Part shown: one piece after another, positions 44,714 to 52,187 of the stretch
How positions within the stretch are numbered: the stretch's first letter is position 1
Layout of the letters: each line of letters starts with the position of its first letter
Assembly (NCBI RefSeq): GCF_049590335.1
Contig: NZ_JBAWCQ010000016.1
Span: forward strand, 1-52,187
Direction of reading: 5' to 3'
DNA length: 52,187 nt
Source of the DNA: Methyloceanibacter sp.
Lineage (GTDB): Bacteria; Pseudomonadota; Alphaproteobacteria; Rhizobiales; Methyloligellaceae
The notes under the pieces: generated by a model
Seen by the model: the letters and a program-made list of their open reading frames with translations, nothing else
Databases searched by the model: none
Told to the model about the DNA's origin: nothing
Made by a program: the position numbers and the translations under genes

Positions 44714-44787
44714 ATGTCCGCTGCTGACGATAAAGCGGACATCCCTGCTCCTCGGTCTGATTTCGGCTCGTGACCCAAAGCCGACAA
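44714..44787 (+). repeat. Palindromic element copy J1 (units b, c)
   Basis: ATGTCCGCTGC-TGACGAT-AAAGCGGACAT (44714-44742), 17-bp spacer, ATTTCGGCTCG-TGACCC-AAAGCCGACAA (44760-44787). Confidence 0.85.
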
Positions 44788-45098
44788 CAACTACACAACA
44801 GCTTTTAACCGACCATCAGACTCTCAGCAGTCAAAATTGACCGATTCCGGATGTCACGATTGGGACTCATCGTCGCGCAACTGTTTTGTCTTCAAGTTCT
44901 TTGATGATTATCAAAGCGAAATCGGGTTTGGGTGCAATTGGTATAGGTTCCACAGTTAGCCGCACAGCGCTGATGGAGGGTGTCTGTGGGTGTTCCTCAC
45001 TCGTTCGTACCAGCGTTCGGGTGGCCGAGGTCGTATCGACCGATTCGGGGCATGCCGATGACAAGTGGCGAGTGTCCGTGAAATGGAGAAGATTTCGT

Positions 45099-46094
45099 AT
45101 GCTTGAGAAATGTCCAGATGGAGCTGCAGGGAAGACGTCCGATACGCCCATCAAGCCGGCGCAGGAACCTTCCGACAAGGCTGCGCCAGGGCCGGGCTTG
45201 GAGACTGGGCCTCAGGCGCAACATCGTCTGGCTGAGATGCGCCATGACCCCGAGGTGGTCCGTCGCGCTTTCGAAACCGGTGAGTACCCGTACCACACCA
45301 AGATGGGTACCGCCGCCTACGAGAAGCGGAAGGCGAAGCTACAGGCGGAACTGCTCAAGGTGCAGCGCTGGGTCAAGGACGCAGGGGTCAAGATTGTGGT
45401 GCTCTTCGAAGGCCGCGATGCAGCTGGCAAGGGCGGCACCATCAAGCGTTTTATGGAACACATGAATCCGCGCGGAGCGCGCGTCGTGGCATTGGAGAAG
45501 CCGAGCGAGGAAGAGCGGGGGCAGTGGTACTTCCAGCGATACATCAAGAACTTGCCCACCGCCGGCGAGATCGTCCTGTTCGACCGCTCCTGGTACAACC
45601 GAGCCGGGGTCGAGCGAGTGATGGGCTTTTGCTCACCGAACGAGTATCTGGAGTTCATGCGCCAAACCCCCGAAGTCGAGCGCATGCTGACACGCAGCGG
45701 TATCAAGCTGTTCAAATACTGGTTCTCCATCACCCGCGACGAGCAGTTGCAGCGATTCAAGTCCAGAGAGATCGATCCGCTCAAACAGTGGAAGCTCTCG
45801 CCCATCGACGTGGCGTCGCTGCAGCAATGGGATGAATACACCGAGGCCAAGGAAGCGATGTTTTTCTATACCGATACCGCCGACGCACCGTGGACCATCG
45901 TTAAGTCTGACGATAAGAAAAGAGCTCGCCTCAACTGCATGCAGCACTTTCTATGGTCGCTACCCTACCCGGACAAGGATTTGAGCGTCGTACACGATCC
46001 TGATCCACTGATCGTGGGCAACGGCTACCACGTCGTCCATGCGAGTGAGCACATCCTGGGCAAGAGCCTTCACCCGAGCACACGCAAATGCTGA
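45099..46094 (+). CDS. ppk2: Polyphosphate kinase 2
   Basis: FEGRDAAGKGG, WYFQRY, FDRSWYNRAGVERVMGF, WKLSPID; start uncertain. Confidence 0.96.
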   Translation: MLEKCPDGAAGKTSDTPIKPAQEPSDKAAPGPGLETGPQAQHRLAEMRHDPEVVRRAFETGEYPYHTKMGTAAYEKRKAKLQAELLKVQRWVKDAGVKIVVLFEGRDAAGKGGTIKRFMEHMNPRGARVVALEKPSEEERGQWYFQRYIKNLPTAGEIVLFDRSWYNRAGVERVMGFCSPNEYLEFMRQTPEVERMLTRSGIKLFKYWFSITRDEQLQRFKSREIDPLKQWKLSPIDVASLQQWDEYTEAKEAMFFYTDTADAPWTIVKSDDKKRARLNCMQHFLWSLPYPDKDLSVVHDPDPLIVGNGYHVVHASEHILGKSLHPSTRKC

Positions 46095-46134
46095 AAGCGG
46101 CCTGCCTCACCGTGACGGCTGGTTGGGTCCCATC

Positions 46135-46254
46135 AGGTCCGCTTGTGGCACTCAACGGACATTGTTTTCGACGCTAAAGATTTTCTGAGTTAGGGAGTAG
46201 AGCGGACATTGCTCGAGAGGCGTCCAATGTCTGCTAATGACCCATAGCGGACAT
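46135..46254 (+). repeat. Palindromic element copy J2 (units a, b, c)
   Basis: AGGTCCGCTTG-TGGCAC-TCAACGGACAT (46135-46162); TTTTCTGAGTT-AGGGAGT-AGAGCGGACAT (46181-46209); ATGTCTGCTAA-TGACCC-ATAGCGGACAT (46227-46254). Confidence 0.9.
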
Positions 46255-46259
46255 TCGTA

Positions 46260-47640
46260 TCAGTTCAGAATGTTCTTGTAGATTTTGCCGTCTTTCATGA
46301 TGACGCCAAAGTTATTTTCAGGATCAGCGACGAGATCGAGCTCTTCGAGCGGGTTGCCCTCCACCAGGATCAGGTGCGCATAGGCACCTTTCTTGATCAC
46401 GCCGAGTGGTCCGTCCTGATAGGGATGGCGCGGGCCGGCGAGCATCAGCAGTTCGGCATTGTCGGAGGTCGCCATCTTCAGCGCCTCGTAGGGCGTGAGC
46501 CAGTTCTTCAGCTTGGCCAACATCTTTCCCTGCTTCGCCGCCGCAGCCGGATCGAACAGCATTTCAGTCCCAAAGGCCATCTTCACCCCTAGTTCCTTGG
46601 CTGTGGTGTAGACCCTGTCAGTGCCCCTCGTGACCTCCTCGTATTTCCGGGTGCTTTCGGGGTTGGGGAACTGTAGCGCATCCTCGTCGTTCAGCAGCGG
46701 CTGGAGAGAGAGCCAGACACCGTTGTCCTTCATCATCTGGAGCGACCCGTCACTGGCTTAGGAAGCCGTGCTCTATCGACTTCACACCGGCCTTAATCGA
46801 GGTCTGGATCGCCTTATCGCTGAACACATGCGCCGCAACGTAGGTGTTCCATGTCTCGGCCACGTCAACGAACGCCTTGATCTCGTCGAAGGTGTACTGC
46901 TGCACGTCCAGCGGATCGAATTGCGAGGACACGCCCCCGCCGGTGGCGATCTTTATTTGGGTAGCACCCAGTCGGAGGACTTCACGTGCGCGCTTGACGA
47001 CCTCAGGGACCCCGTCCCCGGTCAAAATAACCGCATTCCGTTCCCAATAAGACTTGGGATCGGTCATGTTTGCGGGGACATCGTTGACGCCACGGAAATC
47101 GAAATGCCCGGAAGTCTGGCTGGTCGGAGGCCCCGAAGGAAGGATGCGAGGTCCGACGAGCTCGCCCGCATCGATCATTTTCTTCACCGAGAATGGATTG
47201 CCGCCCACATCCCGCACCGTGGTGAAGCCGCATAGGAGCGTCTCTTCGGACCCGAGAGCGCCGCGGATCGCGACTTCAGACATGTCCCCCGTGACCAGGG
47301 CGGTCTGCGGCATGCAGCAATAGTAGGTATGCCAGTGTGCATCGATCAGACCAGGGATCATCGTCCGTCCGCCGCCGTCAATGATCGTGGCGTCTGGCGC
47401 CTCTATTGGATCGGTCGAAACCTGCTTGATCAGGTTGCCTTCGACGAGAACGTTGGCATTCTCGATGCGTGCATCGTTGATGCCATCGAAGACGTGGACG
47501 TTGCTGAAAAGGACTTGCGGCTTGGCTTGGGCATCCTCTGCGAGGGTCTGGGTTGACGCCACGATGAGGACGAGCAGAGGCGGTACATCAAGCTTTTCTC
47601 CCTGGGCGGGGCGAGACAGCAACCGATCACTTAGTGCCAT
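46260..47640 (-). pseudogene. Metal-dependent amidohydrolase (Xaa-Pro dipeptidase-like), frameshifted near 46758
   Basis: PGLIDAHWH, GFTTVRD, QIKI, AAHVF, IEHG in 46750-47640; remainder in another frame (46260-46736). Removing one A in CTAAGCC gives FLASDGSLQMMKDNG. Confidence 0.8.
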
Positions 47641-47700
47641 TGATTTTGCACCCCTATTTGAACAGGCTTTTGAGGTGGATCAAGCTCTCAGAAAGGTGCA

Positions 47701-47821
47701 GGGTCTGCTTTTGGTACCTAGCGGACATTGCTTTCGACGATCTGGATGTCCGCATTTTTTTTAAGAATGCACACATCCCAGATCTGATCGCCGATATCCG
47801 CTAATTACTCCTAACGGACAC
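47701..47821 (+). repeat. Palindromic element copy J3 (units a, b, c)
   Basis: GGGTCTGCTTT-TGGTAC-CTAGCGGACAT (47701-47728); ATGTCCGCATT-TTTTTTAAG-AATGCACACAT (47746-47776); ATATCCGCTAA-TTACTC-CTAACGGACAC (47794-47821). Confidence 0.88.
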
Positions 47822-47957
47822 CCGCTCCTAGAATAGTGCTTTTGTCTCATGCCGCCTAAGATGATTGTCTCTTCAACTGGAAATTCCGAAGGGTCGGAGG
47901 GCACCTCTATGTCCGGCGGTGGATTCGTGTGCAGTGCGACCTGAAATGAAACGCTTC

Positions 47958-47972
47958 TTAAGGCTTTATTAA
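47958..47972. promoter_or_regulatory. Putative CtrA box
   Basis: TTAA-GGCTTTA-TTAA (TTAA-N7-TTAA), 24 bp upstream of the small ORF at 47997. Confidence 0.4.
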
Positions 47973-47996
47973 ACATAACTTCCGCATCCTGATCAC

Positions 47997-48200
47997 ATGA
48001 TTAGTGCTTCAGAGCGATACAGGCGTTTGGCCACTTGCTACGAAAAAATTGCAGAGCACGACGCTGCGCCCGTGGCGATCCGAATGCATTTTTTGACCAA
48101 AGCTAATTCATGTCGCGTCATCGCGAGACTGGCTGCCGTCAATGAGAGGCGAGAAGCGCAAAACGTTCACAACTGCCCGCCAACTGACCTAGCAGCGTAG
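47997..48200 (+). CDS. Small hypothetical protein (67 aa)
   Basis: ATG-started ORF with a helical pattern (SERYRRLA..YEKIA); no family recognised. Confidence 0.4.
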   Translation: MISASERYRRLATCYEKIAEHDAAPVAIRMHFLTKANSCRVIARLAAVNERREAQNVHNCPPTDLAA

Positions 48201-48339
48201 GCAGATCAGTGAAGGAGCGCAGGCGAGCCAGAGCCCGCACTTAGCTCGATCTCCGCGTATCGCGTCAACAACGCCAATCAAGCAACCTCTCGACTGATGA
48301 GGTGACGCTCGCCTTCTAAACGACTAACGGGGGGATGCG

Positions 48340-49545
48340 ATGAGGAGCAAAAGGGGGCACCGCCCGATTTGGCGGCGGTTGGCAGGCGGGCTGGCGGCTT
48401 TAGCGCTCATGTTTCCGACAAGTCTGCAGGCGGACTACAGCGTGAACGCAGGCGGCGTATCCTTCAATTTCTATGGGTTTGTGCAGGCGGATTTCATCTA
48501 CGATTTCCAGCGCGTCGATTCCGACTGGAAAGATATGCTCCGGCCATCGAAGATCCCAGTGAATTGTCCCGGCGATCCCGGCTGCGGCAGAGATGGCGAG
48601 ACCATTTTCAGTGTTCGGCAGACGCGCGCCGGTGTCGATGCCTTGGTGCCCACCGGGCTGGGCGAGCTAAAGACCAAGCTTGAGTTCGAACTTGTCGGTG
48701 TGGGTAGCGACGCTGGAAAGACCACGCCGCGGTTGCGGCACGCTTATGGGGAATTAGGTTCGATCCTCGCCGGCCAGACCTGGAGCACTTTTATGGACCC
48801 GGACGTGTTCCCCAACTCTATCGAGTACTGGGGGCCGCCGGGCATGGTGTTCTTCCGCAACATACAGCTACGCTGGACACCGATACGTCAGGGCGGCAAT
48901 AGGCTGGCTATTGCACTGGAAGCGCCGTCAGCGGCGATTGACAGCGGCAAGGTCGACTTCATCGATCCGACGCTTGGGCTGCAAGATCGTACGCAGTACC
49001 CCGACCTTACGGCACACTGGCGCACTGAGCTCGACTGGGGACATGTCCAAGTCGCCGGCATTGTGCGCTCGGTAGGTTTTGAGTCCAACAAAACTGCTAG
49101 TGCCAACCCGTCGGGCCAGGAAATCGGCGCGGGTTTTAATCTCTCGACTGTCATCAAGGTCGGCCGGCGTGACCGCATCAAGGCCGAGTTCACGTACGGC
49201 AGGGGTATTGCAAGCTATCTGAACGACGGCGGTATCGATCTGGGACCAAGCAGCAGCCTGCGGGCAACGACCCTGCCGATCATCGGTTGGCTGGCGTTTT
49301 ACGATCACTGGTGGAATGACCGCTGGAGCAGCTCCTTCGGCTGGAGCGAGGAGCGAGTGGACAACAGCGGAGGCCAGACCGGCGACGCTTTCTCCAGTTC
49401 GGGGTACGGGCTCGTCAACTTGCTGTACTACCCGACCAACAATATCCTAGTGGGCACGGAGCTGCAGTATGGAAGTATAGAGCTTAAGGACGGCAGTAAA
49501 GGCTCTGACACGCGCATTCAGACGTCCTTCAAGTGGAGCTTCTGA
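48340..49545 (+). CDS. DcaP-family outer-membrane porin
   Basis: Signal peptide, FYGFVQAD, FSVRQTR, PRLRHAY, GQTWSTFMD, terminal Phe (FKWSF). Confidence 0.85.
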   Translation: MRSKRGHRPIWRRLAGGLAALALMFPTSLQADYSVNAGGVSFNFYGFVQADFIYDFQRVDSDWKDMLRPSKIPVNCPGDPGCGRDGETIFSVRQTRAGVDALVPTGLGELKTKLEFELVGVGSDAGKTTPRLRHAYGELGSILAGQTWSTFMDPDVFPNSIEYWGPPGMVFFRNIQLRWTPIRQGGNRLAIALEAPSAAIDSGKVDFIDPTLGLQDRTQYPDLTAHWRTELDWGHVQVAGIVRSVGFESNKTASANPSGQEIGAGFNLSTVIKVGRRDRIKAEFTYGRGIASYLNDGGIDLGPSSSLRATTLPIIGWLAFYDHWWNDRWSSSFGWSEERVDNSGGQTGDAFSSSGYGLVNLLYYPTNNILVGTELQYGSIELKDGSKGSDTRIQTSFKWSF

Positions 49546-49591
49546 ACGGTCCACGATTTGATCTTTCTCGGGAGACCATGGAGTAAGGACT

Positions 49592-50620
49592 ATGTTGCAC
49601 AAAACTGTATGCAAGAGCGCGGCTCTGGCGGTCGCGTCAGCGCTTCTGGTTGTACCGAATGCGTTCGCCGACGCCACCGATATCGGTCCGGCACAGTTCG
49701 AAGCCGTAGTGCAGGAAGCCTACGACAAGTACAAAGGCCTCAGGGAAGGCAAGAATGCTGATTACATTCCAATTCTGACGACGGTGCCGAGCGATCTATT
49801 CGGCGTGGCCATCGCAACCCGTGACGGTAAGATCTACAGCGCCGGCGATGTTGACTACAAGTTCTCCATTCAATCGGTCTCGAAGCCATTCACTGCGGCA
49901 CTGATTATGCAACAGCAGGGGCCGGAAGCGGTGCGCAAGAAAATCGGCGTTGAACCGACCGGCTTGCCGTTCAATTCCAAGATCGCGCTGGAACTCTACC
50001 CGGAACGTTCCGTTAACCCGATGGTCAATGCTGGTGCAATCGCAGCAGTCAGCCTGGTCAAGGCTGATTCCGAGAAGCAGCGCTGGCAGGAAATCCTGCA
50101 GAACCTAGACGACTTTGCCGGCGCTGATCTCAATGTGATGCAGGAGGTCTATGACTCGGAATATAAGGCCGCGTGGAGCAACCGCGGAATTGCGAACCTG
50201 CTATACAACTACGAGCGTCTCTACGGCGATCCCGAAGAGACTCTTCGTGTATACACCAAACAGTGCTCGGTCGGTGTGACCGCCAAGGAACTGGCGGTAA
50301 TGGGTGCTACCCTAGCAAACGGTGGCGTCAATCCGTTGACCGGCAAGCGGGTGCTGGACTCTTCGCATGTGCCGGAACTTTTGGCGATTATGGCAGTAGC
50401 CGGTTTCTACGACGAGTCGGGCGAGTGGATGTTCAACGCCGGTCTGCCGTCGAAGACTGGCGTCGGCGGTGGCATTGTCTCGGTGGTGCCAGGAAAGTTT
50501 GCCATCGCCGCATTTTCCCCGCGACTCAACGAAGCGGGCAACAGTATCCGAGCCATGCGCGCTATCCGGCACATCGCTGGCGAGCTCGGCGTCGGACTCT
50601 ACGGCTCCAATCGCGAATGA
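49592..50620 (+). CDS. glsA: Glutaminase A with N-terminal signal peptide
   Basis: GKNADYIP, FSIQSVSKPF (SxxK), NPMVNAGAI, YTKQCS, KTGVGGGI, SPRLNEAGNS. Confidence 0.92.
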   Translation: MLHKTVCKSAALAVASALLVVPNAFADATDIGPAQFEAVVQEAYDKYKGLREGKNADYIPILTTVPSDLFGVAIATRDGKIYSAGDVDYKFSIQSVSKPFTAALIMQQQGPEAVRKKIGVEPTGLPFNSKIALELYPERSVNPMVNAGAIAAVSLVKADSEKQRWQEILQNLDDFAGADLNVMQEVYDSEYKAAWSNRGIANLLYNYERLYGDPEETLRVYTKQCSVGVTAKELAVMGATLANGGVNPLTGKRVLDSSHVPELLAIMAVAGFYDESGEWMFNAGLPSKTGVGGGIVSVVPGKFAIAAFSPRLNEAGNSIRAMRAIRHIAGELGVGLYGSNRE

Positions 50621-50724
50621 GGCGTTGACCGATTCCCCGCGAATAGCATGGCGAGGAGCTGCCAGTAGCGGCAGAACTGATGGTTATCCGTAAAACCCCG
50701 ACCGAGCTGCAAACCGACGAGCTT

Positions 50725-50826
50725 ATGTCCGCTTTTGGCACTTAGCGAACCTCAATTATGAAACGCCACGTGTCGGCTTGGGAGCGTCAAGCGATCGTCC
50801 CTAGGTCGTGTTCTGATGTCGGCTAG
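50725..50826 (+). repeat. Palindromic element copy J4 (units a, b and left arm of c)
   Basis: ATGTCCGCTTT-TGGCAC-TTAGCGAACCT (50725-50752); GTGTCGGCTTG-GGAGCGT-CAAGCGATCGT (50770-50798); half unit ATGTCGGCTAG (50816-50826). Confidence 0.85.
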
Positions 50827-51985
50827 TCGAAAGAAACATATGTGGCATGAGCGCCGTCGCAAGCATGACCTCATTGATGTCTCGATGGGCATCCCAGCTC
50901 TCGTCATTGAATTTGGCATGATTTAGCCAAAGATCGATGATCTCCTCACAGAGGGGTTTATGCGACAGCAGCAGTTCAAAAGTCCGACGCAAATCGGGCC
51001 TGTCCCGGAGGCATTCTTCGCGTTTAATGGTTTCAGCGATTACGGGCAACGCCCCGAGCCCGATCGCCAGGCCGAGTTCTCGAAAAGCCAAGCGCTGCGT
51101 TGTCGGCTGATCCAGATAACGGCTGGCGAAAAGCGCCGCTAATCCCCTGCAGCATGCCTGCAGTATATCCTCCAATAGTCGAATCTCGCGTTGATGGTTG
51201 CCGCGAAGCAATTGAGCAAGCCGGCAAGCGTCGAACAGCAATCCGCCTAAACCGAGCGGGTCGTCGGTAACCCAATCTGCATTCAGGCATAGGGGGTGCA
51301 GCTTTTCGAGCGCCTGATTTAGATCGTTCAAATCGGTATGGTCTTGGATCGCATGCTCGATCTCCCAAAAAGTGATCAAGCCATCCAAGGCGTCATGTAA
51401 ACCTAAGGTGGGAACGAGCGGTCTCTTAAGATCCGTGCTCATCTTCCAGGTGAGACCGGCAACCTCGCCAGATGTCGATCTGCGGACAAAGGCTTCGAAC
51501 GACCGTTGTGCCAGCTCCCCCGCCCACGTTGTGTACCTGCTGTCGCCGGTTACCGAGGCCGCCCGGCAGAGTGCATGCATCCATTTCGTTAGATAGTGGA
51601 AATACTGACCATCCCGATCCCACTCGAGACGGTTGTCGAAGGTCTCATTCTGGCCGCGCTCCTTGAGACGCTTGCCAATCCGAAGACCGCCTAAAGTGGG
51701 GTGGTGGCGGGCACGCTTGTCAGCAAGTCCACTGATCCAGCCTCTGCGTGTATCGTCGTCTCGATACCGCCCCAGCACCAGATGAACTTGGTCGATTAGC
51801 GCTATCGCATCGCGCTGGTACTGTTGATCGGCGGTCTGCTGAAACAGTTCGAGAAAGTTGCAAACCGCGAAGGCGTCAGTCCAGAGATAACGACGTGGAT
51901 TCTGCGCAGCAGGAGAGAGCCCGGTTCGTTTTGCGAATTCGGACATGAGCCAAACCGCATTGCATTGTGAGCTGTCCGAGATCAT
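50801..51985 (-). CDS. Conserved hypothetical protein, probable all-alpha fold
   Basis: Long ORF with motif-like blocks RYLWTDAFAV, GGLRIGK, DGQYFHYLTKWMHAL, GLHDALDG, DDPLGLG, RLAFRELGL, H.DINEVMLAT; start 51985 assumed. Confidence 0.8.
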   Translation of the reverse strand: MISDSSQCNAVWLMSEFAKRTGLSPAAQNPRRYLWTDAFAVCNFLELFQQTADQQYQRDAIALIDQVHLVLGRYRDDDTRRGWISGLADKRARHHPTLGGLRIGKRLKERGQNETFDNRLEWDRDGQYFHYLTKWMHALCRAASVTGDSRYTTWAGELAQRSFEAFVRRSTSGEVAGLTWKMSTDLKRPLVPTLGLHDALDGLITFWEIEHAIQDHTDLNDLNQALEKLHPLCLNADWVTDDPLGLGGLLFDACRLAQLLRGNHQREIRLLEDILQACCRGLAALFASRYLDQPTTQRLAFRELGLAIGLGALPVIAETIKREECLRDRPDLRRTFELLLSHKPLCEEIIDLWLNHAKFNDESWDAHRDINEVMLATALMPHMFLSTSRHQNTT

Positions 51986-52032
51986 TTCAGTGTTTAAGGG
52001 TGCGCGCGCCACGGAGTAACGCGCGGCTACGA

Positions 52033-52187
52033 TCAAAAGCGGCTGCTCCAAGGATGCTGTTGGGGTCTAGCCGCCGGATGCGTTCTCAAGAAGTGATGGA
52101 GTACGTGGAGAAGAGCCAGGACATGCTGTCTATCATTGCGCGCTTGGCCAGCGCGGATATCGTCGACAATCATGTCACGGATCTTCT
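52033..52187 (-). CDS. Hypothetical protein, C-terminal part (runs off window end)
   Basis: Open frame ...KIRDMIVDDIRAGQARNDRQHVLALLHVLHHFLRTHPAARPQQHPWSSRF*, co-oriented with the downstream gene. Confidence 0.5.
   Translation of the reverse strand, partial: KIRDMIVDDIRAGQARNDRQHVLALLHVLHHFLRTHPAARPQQHPWSSRF

Larger units (their letters stand above)
44246..52187. mobile_element. Putative genomic island (left boundary at the broken tRNA-Gln; extends past window end)
   Basis: Abrupt AT-rich sequence after the tRNA fragment, unrelated cargo genes in alternating orientation, repeated palindromic elements, pseudogenes; no integrase seen in window. Confidence 0.6.

Noticed and set aside
44422..44790. 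122-aa ORF beginning MLSALGHEPKSD...MSALSSAADI
   Set aside because: Translation of the palindromic element plus AT-rich non-coding DNA
46135..46254. 28-bp palindromic repeats with spacers read as a mini-CRISPR
   Set aside because: Only 2-3 degenerate units per locus, 17-18-bp spacers that are partly similar between loci, position-specific cores, and no cas genes

Overview
GC-rich alphaproteobacterial chromosome segment. Gene order and content suggest Hyphomicrobiales, possibly Methyloceanibacter-like (inference). Positions 1-~44,200 are mostly housekeeping genes (aspS, rnd, cbpAM, ppx-ppk1-hdaA, purMN, ndk, holC-der, panB, guaA, guaB, rlmE) with small accessory insertions. These include an orphan cytochrome P450, two paralogous L,D-transpeptidases, an NsrR-like regulator divergent from a P460-fold cytochrome lacking the cross-link Lys, and a rearranged arsenic block (truncated arsC, acr3, truncated aquaporin, arsM). 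At ~44,218 a broken tRNA-Gln 5' half marks the start of an island. Within it, unrelated cargo genes (ppk2; decayed amidohydrolase; DcaP porin + exported glutaminase; conserved hypothetical) are each separated by a co-oriented ~120-bp element. The element is built from up to three 28-29-bp palindromes (11-bp arm, 6/7-bp asymmetric core, 11-bp arm) at ~46-bp period. This cassette-like array with tyrosine-recombinase-type site geometry is the most interesting signal. No recombinase gene is visible in the window. All calls come from manual motif recognition; no database searches were run.
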